A DNA stretch of 64,000 nt from Myxococcales bacterium (GCA_047601445.1 JASGJH010000001.1:4224001-4288000), one strand, 5' to 3'. Shown: positions 19,739 through 30,017, counted from the first letter of the stretch. Made by a program: numbers and translations. Notes: a model not told the origin generated them from the sequence alone.

Positions 19739-20554
19739 TCAGGTATCGTCCTCGACGTCGGACTCGAGCGCGCGCTCCCCCTCGATGGCGACCAGCGTCT
19801 GGACGCCCTTGTCACGAAGCAGAGCGCGAAAGTGCGGCTCCGGCTCGGCGTCCGTCACCAACACGTGGATGTCGCTGAGGTCACCCAGTCGGTTCATGGC
19901 CTGACGGCCGAACTTGGTGTGGTCGCAAGCCAACACCACTTGGCGCGAGTTGCGGATCAGGGCCTGGGCGACACGGACCTCCTGGTAGTCGAAGTCCAAC
20001 AAGGAGCCCTCTTCATCGATGCCCGAGATTCCGATGATGGCGTAGTCCACGCGGAACTGCTGCACGAAGTCCACAGTGGCCTCGCCGATGATGCCGCCAT
20101 CACGGCTGCGCACCTTGCCGCCGGCGATGATGACATCGAAGTCCTCCTTGCCACTGACGATCGCCGCCACATGCAGGTTGTTGGTAACGATCTTGAGTCC
20201 GCTGTGGCTCAGCAGCTCGTGCGCGATCGCCTCATTGGTCGTGCCAATGTTGATGAACAACGAGGCGTGATCCGGGATGTGCCGCGCGACCTCCCGCGCA
20301 ATGCGAGCCTTCTCGGACGACTGCAGGTGCTTGCGCTTGGTGTACTCGGTGTTCAGGGTGCTGGGCGACGCTGCGCCGGCCCCACCATGAAAGCGCCGCA
20401 CCCGGTTTTCGCTGGCGAGTGCATTGATGTCACGACGGATGGTCTGCTGAGTGACGTCGAAGTGAGTGGCCAGGTCGTCGATGGACATGAAGCCGCGACT
20501 GCTGACCAACTCCACGATCTCTTCGAGGCGCGCCGGCTGAGAAAGATTCCCCAT
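19739..20554 (-). CDS. glpR: DeoR-family glycerol-3-phosphate regulon repressor
   Basis: FDVTQQTIRRDI HTH, LFINIGTTNE, DGGIIGEAT, LLDFDYQEV; adjacent to glpD. Confidence 0.93.
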   Translation of the reverse strand: MGNLSQPARLEEIVELVSSRGFMSIDDLATHFDVTQQTIRRDINALASENRVRRFHGGAGAASPSTLNTEYTKRKHLQSSEKARIAREVARHIPDHASLFINIGTTNEAIAHELLSHSGLKIVTNNLHVAAIVSGKEDFDVIIAGGKVRSRDGGIIGEATVDFVQQFRVDYAIIGISGIDEEGSLLDFDYQEVRVAQALIRNSRQVVLACDHTKFGRQAMNRLGDLSDIHVLVTDAEPEPHFRALLRDKGVQTLVAIEGERALESDVEDDT

Positions 20555-20670
20555 ATTGACTTCGCGTAAGCTTCAGCTCCGGGATCGAAATGACCGGGAA
20601 CCCATACTCTGCCATGCGCGCATTTCCTGTCCAAGGGATTGGCCGCGTGGACAGAGAGGACACCGTGCGC

Positions 20671-22065
20671 TCAAGGGACGGGTAGCGACGAGCCCGGTTT
20701 ACCCCAGGCCTCCGTGTCGCTGACCCACGGCACCTCGATGCGCATGAGGCTGAGGTTCGTGGCAGGAGCGTCCAGCGCCCCGTCGCTCGGGTAGGCAAGG
20801 GCCGCGATCACGACGCCCGGCTGTGGCACCACGAGGTCGGTGATGCTCGAGCTTCCCACATTCAGTCTGAAATTCTGCACGTCGAGCAACGCGCAATTGG
20901 CCGTGAACTCACTCGCGGTGAGAGACATCCGGCACAGGACCCAGGTGTTGAAGGAGGATTCATAGGCGCTCAAGACCGCATAGATGTCGCCGTTGCTGTC
21001 GGTGTCCATCGCCAGCATGCGCAGGTCGCGGGAGATGTTGCCGTTGACCGAACCGCTGAGGTCCCAGACGTAGTGGTAGCTGCCGTCGGGCCCGAGGGAG
21101 AGAAACTGCAGGGCGCCACTCTGGCTAGCGACCTGGCTGCCGAGGATCACGCCACCGTCCTTACGCGGTTCCATGAGAACTCGTGGCTCGACGAACTTGA
21201 AGGGTACATTCCAGCTGACCGTGCCGCCCGCGTCGAGAGCCGTGAGCCCCCAGTGATCGCCCGCTTCGGGCGTACCCTTTTCGCCGCGCAGCGGGACCAA
21301 GATCGCGGTGGTGTCATTGAACTGTGCCGCGCCGCGATCGAGTGCGGTGAGATCCTGCTCCGAGTAGGCGAGCGCGGGCTTGTCATGCAACTCGTCCTGC
21401 CTCCAGACCAGCTTGCCCGCAGCGTCGAACTCGAAGGCGGTGGTGGTCTCCTGGTCGGCGCGAAGCGCGCGGACGTGCCCCTGCGACGTGGCTGCAAAGA
21501 AGCCCTTCGAGGATGGAGAGAACTCGGCGAGTGGGACCTCGACCGGGGAGCCGTCGGCCCGAACCTGCAGGAAGAACGCACGACCGGCTTTGATCAGAGG
21601 CCCGACGTAGGGACTCAACTTGCCGTCCACCGAAAGCTGCGCACCGAGATCCGTACCGACCTGGCTCTCGTAGGTCCGCACGATGGATCCGTCCGCGGCC
21701 ACCAAGGATAGTTTCTGGATGCTCCCCTCGAATCTCGTGAGCCATGTCTGGCCGTCGGGAGCGAGCTCGAGTTGCGCATTGCTGCATCCCCCGGGACAGG
21801 GGACGTCGACGGTCCACGAGATCGGGAGTGTGGGGTCGAGCGTAGGTCCGTTCTCGTTGCTGACCTCGAACCAGATCGAGCCGCGAACCCCCGCGGCGTC
21901 GACGAAGTTCCCCGTGCTCGCGGTGTCCATTCGTGCTTGCGCCACGTAGTCGCAGGCCATCGCACCTCCCGCGCAGGCGTGTTCGCCGAGCACGTTGTCT
22001 CCGCACGCGCCGAGCACGAGAGAGCCGGTTAGCCAGGTCGTCCACACGAGGTTTGCTTGCTTCAT
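20671..22065 (-). CDS. Lipoprotein of unknown function (possible beta-propeller)
   Basis: VLGAC lipobox; repeated DAAG..VW-type blades; last gene of the ECF cassette. Confidence 0.65.
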   Translation of the reverse strand: MKQANLVWTTWLTGSLVLGACGDNVLGEHACAGGAMACDYVAQARMDTASTGNFVDAAGVRGSIWFEVSNENGPTLDPTLPISWTVDVPCPGGCSNAQLELAPDGQTWLTRFEGSIQKLSLVAADGSIVRTYESQVGTDLGAQLSVDGKLSPYVGPLIKAGRAFFLQVRADGSPVEVPLAEFSPSSKGFFAATSQGHVRALRADQETTTAFEFDAAGKLVWRQDELHDKPALAYSEQDLTALDRGAAQFNDTTAILVPLRGEKGTPEAGDHWGLTALDAGGTVSWNVPFKFVEPRVLMEPRKDGGVILGSQVASQSGALQFLSLGPDGSYHYVWDLSGSVNGNISRDLRMLAMDTDSNGDIYAVLSAYESSFNTWVLCRMSLTASEFTANCALLDVQNFRLNVGSSSITDLVVPQPGVVIAALAYPSDGALDAPATNLSLMRIEVPWVSDTEAWGKPGSSLPVP

Positions 22066-22113
22066 TGGTTCACGCTCCAACCCTTCGTGACGCGGCGCTC
22101 GCGTCCTTCCGAA

Positions 22114-22854
22114 TCAAAGTTCCCTTTTTTCGAGCAACGCCTGCAGCCGGGGTGCGTGGACCGACTGCGGGAAGTCCCGCGAGAACTGCTTGGACCTGCG
22201 CTCGGCCTCGTCCCGCTGCCGCAGCTTCAACAGCGCCTCGACCGCGAGGAGCTCACGCTCCTGCGCCAGCACGCCGGACGGATAGCGGCTTTGGTGCTCG
22301 TTCGCCAACGCGAGCGCTCGCTCGGGATTGGCCGGCATCACGCGACGAGCACGCCCCAACAAATCCAATTCACTCGCGACGTCGACGACGGCCGGGGCCT
22401 CCGGCGCGGCCACGGGCTCCACCAGCTTGCTCTGCCTCGCGCGCCCCCTCGGCGAAGGGGGAGTCTCGGCCGAGGGGGCGCGTGCCGCGGGTCGCAAGGG
22501 GGTGGCGTCCGACGTGGGAGACTCCGCCGGGGGAGCGGGGAGCGTTGCCTCATCGGGAGAGCGAGAGGTGCGCGAGTCCAGGCTCGGCGCTGCCGGCGGA
22601 AGCTCGCTTTCGGAGTGCCAGCGCCAGGCAGAGAAGGCCCCAAGCGTGAGCGTGAGAGCGATCAAGTAGCCCCATGGACGGCGCACGGAACCCCGTGCCT
22701 CGGGTGGCGACGCGGAGTTGACTGCGACTCCGTCCGAGGCGCGGGCGACCATGCGAGCCACTTGCGCTGCCACTGGCCCATTCGCCCGGTAGGCTCGTTT
22801 CGCGTCTTCGAAGAGGACGGGGGCGTCGTCCCAAGGTTCCAGCTCGGCGGTCAT
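22114..22854 (-). CDS. Putative membrane anti-sigma factor (single TM, Pro-rich linker, C-terminal TPR-like helices)
   Basis: 4-bp overlap with ECF gene; TM WGYLIALTLTLGAFSAW; ELDLLGRAR..HQSRYPSGVLAQERELLAVEAL. Confidence 0.72.
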   Translation of the reverse strand: MTAELEPWDDAPVLFEDAKRAYRANGPVAAQVARMVARASDGVAVNSASPPEARGSVRRPWGYLIALTLTLGAFSAWRWHSESELPPAAPSLDSRTSRSPDEATLPAPPAESPTSDATPLRPAARAPSAETPPSPRGRARQSKLVEPVAAPEAPAVVDVASELDLLGRARRVMPANPERALALANEHQSRYPSGVLAQERELLAVEALLKLRQRDEAERRSKQFSRDFPQSVHAPRLQALLEKREL

Positions 22855-23414
22855 GGCGACTCCTTGGGCCGTCGCAAGAATGACTCGACCGCGTGCTCGT
22901 CGAGCCTCTTGAGGCGACTTCCCGCGACGCGAATCGTCTCGCGCGCTGCTTGCACCCGGTAGTGCACCGTGTTGACCGGTGCGTTCACCGCCGCCGCCAC
23001 CTCGGCCAGTGTCATCTCTTCGAGCTCGTACAGCACGAAGGCCTCCCGCTTGTCCTCATCGAGCTGGGCAAGCACCGCCTCGAGCCAGGCCAGTGAGCGA
23101 CGAGCCGTCACCTCGAGTTCCGGGGTCCGCGCGTCGCTGGCCAGCTCGGAGCTCTGTGCCGCGGACGAGAATCGACTGCCCGCGGCCCTGCGCTGGGCCA
23201 GCGCGGTGCGGCGGGCGATCTCGTAGATCCAGGTGCGCAGGCTCGCACGGCCCTCGAAGTCGGGGAGTCGACGATAGACCACCAGAAAGACCTCCTGGCA
23301 GGTGTCCTCGAGGTCCGCTTCACGCACACCAAAGCGGCGCAGCGCACGCCAAACGAAGTCGGCGTGGGTTGCAAACAGCTCCTGAAACGTGGCGTTGGGG
23401 GAAGGGGTCGACAG
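22851..23414 (-). CDS. ECF (sigma-70 family) RNA polymerase sigma factor; start non-canonical or frameshifted
   Basis: In-frame TFQELFATHADFVWRALRRFGV upstream of GTG 23327; EDTCQEVF, FEGRASLRTWIY, region 4 FVLYELEEMTLAEVA; candidate CTG start at 23414 with GGAG 9 nt upstream. Confidence 0.88.
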   Translation of the reverse strand: MSTPSPNATFQELFATHADFVWRALRRFGVREADLEDTCQEVFLVVYRRLPDFEGRASLRTWIYEIARRTALAQRRAAGSRFSSAAQSSELASDARTPELEVTARRSLAWLEAVLAQLDEDKREAFVLYELEEMTLAEVAAAVNAPVNTVHYRVQAARETIRVAGSRLKRLDEHAVESFLRRPKESP

Positions 23415-23465
23415 GTTGAAAAGCTCCGGCCGCCATGGGTGCCTGCAGCTGGCTCGTTTTCCGAA

Positions 23466-24551
23466 TTAAAATTCGTAGCTCGGCCCGAGCAGCCCCATCA
23501 CCCCGAAGCGCTCCGGCGCAAGCACGGCCTGCTTTTCCCCCAAAGGCTCCGCAACGACGAAGGGTTTATCACTGAACCGGGCGCGCCCGTCGAGCTCGAG
23601 GAAGACCCCCCAGCCCCGTGCGATGACCACGTTGGCCCCCAGACCGAAGCGCAGGTCCACCTCCCAGATGTCCGCCCGATGGTTCACATCGAACCCCTTA
23701 CCGCTGGCCTCCAGGCGCGTGAGGAGTGGCCCGACACAGGCGCGCAAGCGCATCCGCGAAAGCGGCAGCGAGGGACACAGGGCGACGCCGAGCTGATAGG
23801 CCCGGGTGGTCGCCGTGCCTCCCTCCAAGGCGTGCTCTGACGTGCTCAGGAACAGCTGGCCATCGCCGAGCAGGCTCAGGTAGCGCTGCACGTTCACCCC
23901 AAATGCGATACCGAGGCCAGGCATCGCGGTCGGAAGCGTGCCGCCCAGGACCGCGGCGCCCACGACGACGAGCGAACGCGGGGGAGCCACAGGGGCAGCC
24001 TGGACAGGGGCTGGAGATCTTGCGGGGGACGTCGCGGGCGAGGTCCCAGCAGAGGTTTCGGCAGCGGGGGCGCTGTCTGCCTCAGGAGGGGTCGTTGGGC
24101 TTGCGCTCAGCTCGTCGAGCAACGTCTCCTCGGGGGGACGCTCCTGTGCAAACTCCGCGGCAAGTTCAGGGGGAAGCCCCTGCAAGCTCGCGCTGGGATC
24201 GATCGTGAGTGCGATGACGAAGGCCACCGTCGCGTCGAGCGCGCGGCAATCCGCGCCCGCACTCACCAAAACCCGCTCCTGCGACGGCGGACCTCCTGCC
24301 CGGCTCAAGGTCAGGCGCACCCGATAGTGCTCCCCTTCTCGTGTGATCACCCCTTCGATCGCCGTCTCGGCTTCGGCAGGCGACCCCAGCGTGCCCCCAA
24401 TCAGCGCTTCGACGCGCCGGGCCAAGCTGTGCGGGTCGATGCAAGCCTCGGCCCCTTGCATGCGCACCCAGTGGAGTCCGAAGGAGGCCGACGCAACGCT
24501 CGGTGCGAGGCAGAACCATCCCCAGAGAAGCCACGAAATGCTGGCGCGCAC
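23466..24551 (-). CDS. Secreted protein with N-terminal disulfide domain and C-terminal outer-membrane beta-barrel-like region
   Basis: Signal-like WLLWGWFCLAPSVASA; CIDP...ERVL..ADCRAL; Pro/Ala linker; amphipathic strands ending GPSYEF (terminal Phe); start uncertain. Confidence 0.62.
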   Translation of the reverse strand: MRASISWLLWGWFCLAPSVASASFGLHWVRMQGAEACIDPHSLARRVEALIGGTLGSPAEAETAIEGVITREGEHYRVRLTLSRAGGPPSQERVLVSAGADCRALDATVAFVIALTIDPSASLQGLPPELAAEFAQERPPEETLLDELSASPTTPPEADSAPAAETSAGTSPATSPARSPAPVQAAPVAPPRSLVVVGAAVLGGTLPTAMPGLGIAFGVNVQRYLSLLGDGQLFLSTSEHALEGGTATTRAYQLGVALCPSLPLSRMRLRACVGPLLTRLEASGKGFDVNHRADIWEVDLRFGLGANVVIARGWGVFLELDGRARFSDKPFVVAEPLGEKQAVLAPERFGVMGLLGPSYEF

Positions 24552-24686
24552 TGGGCGGAGGCTAGCAGATGTGCCTGAGCTCGCGATCCCCTTGCGAAGC
24601 TCGATTGCTCTCGCTGCCAAGGCCCACGGTGGACGGGCCGGACACTCAACCTTGCATGCGCAAGACCGAACAGCAGACTGGCCGCA

Positions 24687-26141
24687 ATGAAAACGTTCGG
24701 GACGAGGAGGGAAGCCATCGTTCTCGCGATGATCGTGCTCCTTGGCATGGGGCTGCGCTTCTACCAACTCGGCGCTCAGTCGCTCTGGTTCGATGAGCTC
24801 TTCAGTCGCAGGGCCGCACTGGCCCCGACACTTTGGGCCGCCATCGAACGCGGCTCGATCAAGGACATGTTCCCACCGATCTATCCAGCGATCGCGTATG
24901 AGGCAGTGCGCCTCCCGCTCGGCCCAGAAGCCGCGCTGCGGCTGCCTTCTGCTGTGGGCGGCGTGCTCGCTATCTTCGCGACCTATCTACTTGGGCAGGT
25001 TTTGGTGTCGGTTCGAGTGGGGCTCATCGCCGCCGCTTGCATGGCTTGCCACTGGTTTGCCGTTTCATACAGCCAGGAAGGTCGCCCGTACGCCCTACTG
25101 CTCTTCGTCGCCAGCGTCACCTCTTACCTTGCGATTCAGCTGGTACGTGCTCACCGAGCTGGCCGTTCGACACGGGGCTGGCTGCTTGCACTTGGCGCCT
25201 GGGGCCTCGTCGCTTGCTACTTCCACTACGCGGGTCTGGTTTTCTTCGCCCTCTCCGGCGCCGTGCTCCTCGCTGCGGGCCGCCGTCAGCTGGCGCCGGT
25301 GCGAGCGGTCTTTCTCACCTATCTGGCGGTGGGGCTCGCGTTCTTGCCGTGGGTGTCCGTCGTCCTCGCGCAGATCGGACGTCGCTTGACGAACCAGACG
25401 CCACCTCGGCTCTCTCACGTCATGAGAACGTTCTCGCTCCTCTGCGCCACCCATCCTGGCTGGATGGTCTTGCTCGTGGCCGCGGGCATGTGGGCATCCC
25501 ATCAACATGTGAAGAGCACCCCCACGATCGACTCGGTGGAGGAGCGGCGATACCAGTCGCGAACCTTTCTCACCGTGGTGGGCCTCTGGATCGTGCTCAC
25601 CACTACGGCCATCTGGATCTTTTCGCACGCGGTGGTGCCGATCTACACCCATCGCAACATGATCATGGTGCTTCCCGCATGCGTGCTCTTGTTCTCCTGG
25701 GCGGCCAACAACATCGACCTGAGGTGGTTCAACGGGCGACCCGTAGCCGCCGTCATGCTCGTGGCCGGCTTGCTCTTCGACTTGCTCGTGGTGAAGAGCA
25801 CCTACGCAGAGGCGAGGAAGGAACCGTTCCGCCAGATCACCGAGATCATCGCCAAGGAGTCGGCGAAGCTCGAACCTGATAGAGTCGCGGTGTGGGCTCA
25901 GCCGGCGTGGGTAGGCCCCTTCCTCAACGAGTACTTCGAACTGCAAGGCACGGCAGTTCGATTCCACCCTTCGCTAGTCAACCAACCGGAGCTGCAGTGG
26001 ATCGTCACACGGGACGCGCCGCTGGCGCCGCCAGCGGGCTGTGTTCCGCAGGAGATCCTCCGGCACGAGCCCGATCGACGCATCCCATGGCCCGGCCGGC
26101 CGATGGCTCTCTATCGTTGTGCGTCGGAGAGTTCGCCGTGA
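24687..26141 (+). CDS. GT-C membrane glycosyltransferase (PMT/ArnT-like)
   Basis: SLWFDE, PPIYP, LRLPSA, YSQEGRPYAL, YFHY motifs; multiple TM helices. Confidence 0.85.
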   Translation: MKTFGTRREAIVLAMIVLLGMGLRFYQLGAQSLWFDELFSRRAALAPTLWAAIERGSIKDMFPPIYPAIAYEAVRLPLGPEAALRLPSAVGGVLAIFATYLLGQVLVSVRVGLIAAACMACHWFAVSYSQEGRPYALLLFVASVTSYLAIQLVRAHRAGRSTRGWLLALGAWGLVACYFHYAGLVFFALSGAVLLAAGRRQLAPVRAVFLTYLAVGLAFLPWVSVVLAQIGRRLTNQTPPRLSHVMRTFSLLCATHPGWMVLLVAAGMWASHQHVKSTPTIDSVEERRYQSRTFLTVVGLWIVLTTTAIWIFSHAVVPIYTHRNMIMVLPACVLLFSWAANNIDLRWFNGRPVAAVMLVAGLLFDLLVVKSTYAEARKEPFRQITEIIAKESAKLEPDRVAVWAQPAWVGPFLNEYFELQGTAVRFHPSLVNQPELQWIVTRDAPLAPPAGCVPQEILRHEPDRRIPWPGRPMALYRCASESSP

Positions 26142-26414
26142 GTTGGACTGCGGTCCAGGAACTCAACGAGAGGCTACGGAATGCGAAACGGCCTCTCCGG
26201 GAGATGGTGCGGGCAAGTGCTTCGTCACTACTTGCGAGGGCTACGCCTATGCGTATCCCTTGGGCGCGTCAAGGCCACGCAGGGGTGAGTGACGCCGGCC
26301 GGCATCGAAAGTGACTCCATGCCTCGACGGAATTCCGCTTGAAAAATGACCAGAACTGGATTTACGCGGCTCCACTTAGACTCAGTGCTCGCTCGCTAGA
26401 GCAAGGAGCATTGC

Positions 26415-27123
26415 ATGAGCAAGGACAGCCTGGTCGCCACAGCCTTCGTCGAGTCACTCGGCTCGAGCAGCAACACGTACAAGCCACGCGGGACCGTCAG
26501 GGCCGTCGTCATCCACACGACTGGCAATGGTCCCCTCAAGCGTTGGCGTGACGAGCAGGGCGTTCCCGGCAAGGCCCAGGACACGCCCTTTCTCACGGCG
26601 GTGCACCGAACCTATCGCAAGATCAACGTGAACGGCCCCCACTACGTGGTGGGTCAACAAGGTGAGTGCATCCAGAATCTGCAGCGAAAAGCTCGGTGCG
26701 TTTCACGTGGGCACCAAGGGCGGAGATGCCTACGAGCACGAAGACTGGCTCGAGGTGAAGTACGAGTGGTGGGCCGAGCGCTGGCCGGGGTTCAGCTCTC
26801 CGCGTGACCTCGCCGGCGGCAGACTCTGGGATCACCAATCGTGCAACGCCAACACCATCGGGATCGAAGTCGTACCGCCGTTCGACGACGCAGCGGAGGC
26901 TTGGTCACCAGCTTGTTGGGCAACGCTGCGGAACCTCGTCCTCGACATCACCTCGCGTCACGGAATCCCCATGAAGCGGGAATACGTAGTCACCCACTCG
27001 GACGCCCATCCCGTTGCGCGGACCAACGACAAGGGAAATCCCTGGGATCCCGGCGTGCGACAATGGGCCGGTTGGCCCAGCAGCTGGACCGTCGTTGCAC
27101 CGGAGCCAGCCGCGGTGGGTTAG
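26415..27123 (+). pseudogene. N-acetylmuramoyl-L-alanine amidase (Amidase_2/PGRP fold), split by a +1 frameshift
   Basis: AVVIHTT and GPHYVVG in frame 26415; AFHVG, NANTIGIEV, VVTHSD, WDPG in frame 26662; junction CAG-A-ATC at 26673-26679. Confidence 0.82.
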
Positions 27124-27221
27124 GGACTCGGGGTCAGTCAAGACCGACGGCAAGTTCGTCGAGCGACCCGTGTCGCTGACGGTCCCTGGGCGGAAGTCGC
27201 GCGGGACGTGGTGGGCGTCGA

Positions 27222-28319
27222 TCAGCCGCGAGCCAACATCGGGGCGATATTGTTCGGTCCTGATGGCTCCACGGGGATCCGAGTGCTCCAGCCTGAGGTC
27301 GAACAGGCGGGACCTCCTGCGGGGTGACTCCGCCATTGCTGCTCGCGAAACCTACCTGGCGTGAACCCTGTCCAGCGCCGAAACGCACGATGGAAGGCGC
27401 TTGGCTCGGAGTACCCCAGACGGTCAGCGATCTCCTTCAAGCTCTCATCGCCCTCCACCAGCGCTCGCTTGGCCAGCTCGCATCGAAGGTTGTTCACCAC
27501 GTTCGAGACGGTCTGCCCTTCTTGTTGCAGGCGCCGGCGGAGCATGCGTGGCGTGGTACCAAGCTGGCGAGCAACCATATGGAGGTCGACGTCCCCCAAG
27601 CCCGGCTGCCTGGACAGCGTGTCACGCACGCGCTCCGTGAAGCCACGCTGGGAGGCGCGCGCACGCAGGAGCTTCTCGGCGCCATCTCGGAGCAGACAGA
27701 ACAGGGCCGCGTCGCGAGGGGTGGGCTCCCGCTTCAGCAACTCTCGCGGAAACCTGAGGGCGTACATGGGCTGTCCAAACCGCACGGGACACTGGAAGCT
27801 ACGCCCGTACTCTTGGGCGTAACTGGGTGCCGCATGCGCGCAGGACAGCTCCACCGGCTGCACATCGAACAGCTCAGTGGCAATCCGTACGAGGACGCCG
27901 AGCAACCACTCTGACCAAAACCGCTCCGTATCCTGATGAGAGTGAGCCTCGAGCCGAAAGCCCACCTCTGCATGATCATCGACCCGCTCGACCATGTACC
28001 AGCTCATGCCCTCGAAGAGCGCGGCCGAGTAACGCTGCATGACGTTGAACACCTCGCGCAAGCTGGAGCACTCAAGGAGGAGGTGGCCAAGCACATGCAG
28101 CATGGTGTAAGGCGCGCGCTCCCCCAGCAGGAGGCCGCCCGCTCGGTTGTCGAGGACGCCTATGGCTTCAGCGACGAAGCGATCGACGCGGTCGCTCGGG
28201 ACCCAGCCATGCATGTTTTCTTCGAATGCGCAGGGAAGCCGCGCCCCAGCTCTCAAGGGATAGCGGCCACTCGCAAGCTCACTGCTCAGTGCGTTAAGAA
28301 AAAGCGGAGATACGAACAT
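27222..28319 (-). CDS. AraC-family regulator (long N-terminal ligand domain, VirS/OruR-like)
   Basis: HAAPSY..EY..FQCPVRFGQ; LRRRLQQEG; IADRLGYSEPSAFHRAFRRWTG. Confidence 0.92.
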   Translation of the reverse strand: MFVSPLFLNALSSELASGRYPLRAGARLPCAFEENMHGWVPSDRVDRFVAEAIGVLDNRAGGLLLGERAPYTMLHVLGHLLLECSSLREVFNVMQRYSAALFEGMSWYMVERVDDHAEVGFRLEAHSHQDTERFWSEWLLGVLVRIATELFDVQPVELSCAHAAPSYAQEYGRSFQCPVRFGQPMYALRFPRELLKREPTPRDAALFCLLRDGAEKLLRARASQRGFTERVRDTLSRQPGLGDVDLHMVARQLGTTPRMLRRRLQQEGQTVSNVVNNLRCELAKRALVEGDESLKEIADRLGYSEPSAFHRAFRRWTGFTPGRFREQQWRSHPAGGPACSTSGWSTRIPVEPSGPNNIAPMLARG

Positions 28320-28460
28320 CGATGCAGCCCCAGGGTAAGTCTCGAAGCCACCCTACGTCCCTTGCCATCCCCAAAACGATAGCGCCCGCCGTCATTCGAC
28401 TATCCCTGCGAGTCAACGACTCGGAAAGGTGGGCACCGACCGCGACGCTCCACGCAAGGC

Positions 28461-30017
28461 TCAGCCAGCCCCCCCGGCCTTGGTCTGGAATCGCTTGAAA
28501 TCTCGAACAAACGCGTCGTGGAGATCCGCCGCGAGCTGCTTCGCCTCATCCTCCGCCTTCTCGTTCATGAGCAACCGATCGACGGCCACGCTGCCACCGA
28601 ACTTGATGATCCAACTCTCCAGTAACTCAGCCGAAGCGAGCAGCGAAAACACCCCTGGTTGGCCCAAAGCAGGGCTGCCGAGCTCGGCATGCCAAATCAC
28701 GCCTTTGCCGCCGTTGCCCTTCACCGCGAGCTTGAAGAAGTCTTCCGCAATCTGCTGGATGTTGCTCGGAATGAAGACGTCCAGGAAGCCGGGCGAGAAG
28801 AGCCCCAGAGCACGGCCTTCCACCTTGATCTTCGGCATGACACGGATTCGACCGTCTGTACTGACGTAGCTCCCGTGAACGTTGTAGTCGTTCTCCACCT
28901 TGAGGCCCTTGATATTGAGGATAATCCCCAACATGTTGAGGCGGGCGTTGACCATCGCAGTCGGATGCTTGAGGTTTTCCGCGAGCGGATCCAGCGGTTC
29001 GGATTCGTAGACTTGATTGTCATCGAAGGGCAGGACCTGCCCATCACGAATGTAAAGCTCCGCACCGAACAAGAGCTTCTCGCTGTCGACGTTCAACCTC
29101 ACCAGATCGCGCCCCTGCTCATCCAGGATGCGTAGCTGCGCGGTGAGCACGTCCTTGAGCTTCTTGATGTGCTTGGCGAAGTTCGGATACTTCGCTTTTA
29201 GTCGGTCCGGCTCTGCACGAATGCGCATCTTGACGTGATGGTAGTCTCCGTCGTTCTGCTCGGCCTGGATGTCCTCCGCTCGCCCCACGTCTTTGGTGAG
29301 CAGGTCGCCGAGCGAGGGGAACGCCTCGTAGAGCACTGCCAGGACGTGAAGGTCCTTCTCGCCCAGTCCAGGATTGACCTGCCTGATCGTCGCCAGCGTT
29401 GCGGCAGAGGGCACCGGCTTGTCCGCGGCGTCCTTGCCCCGTGGATCACCGTCCGTGGCGAGTCTAGCGAGGTCGTGGCCCGCCTCGATCAAGGCCGAGT
29501 ACTGGAGCTGACCCAGCCCGAGTCCCCACCGTAGTCCTCCAATCAGGCTCTTCTGTTCCTTGGTCTCTCGCTGTGTGGCGTGGAGCAACAGAGACATGTC
29601 AGCGAGGCCTCTGCGGCCCGTGTCGAGCCCCACGTTGTCTTGGTCGCCCTCGGACTTGGTGACCAGATACCTGTTGCCGCTGAGCTGGCCTTTGACCGTG
29701 AGCTGACGTCGCTCACCGCGCTCGTCGGGCAAAAGCTTGTACAAGCCCTCGAGATCGAAGTCCTCCAGCTCCTTCCACGACTTATCAATGAACGATTGGG
29801 TCGGCTTGTCGATCTCGGTCCGGTGAAGGAATGCCTCGAAAGCGGTGGTGACCTGCGTCAGCGCCTTGATGGCGGCTCCTGAATCTCCCGCGCCCCACAT
29901 CGTCACGAGCGGGGTCCATCCAGCGATGGTGGTATCAGAAGACTAAGCTGCGTAGACGGTGCCAGCCGTCGCTAGCGCCAGCGTGCACATGGTGGCGTAG
30001 ATTTTTTGGGGTGTCAT
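28461..30017 (-). pseudogene. Secreted hypothetical protein with in-frame TAG just after the signal peptide
   Basis: ATG 30017 gives MTPQKIYATMCTLALATAGTVYAA, then TAG (29945-29943), then continues in frame into the 481-aa ORF. Confidence 0.68.

Noticed and set aside
26141..27222. Prophage around the amidase
   Set aside because: No holin, structural, integrase or att features visible
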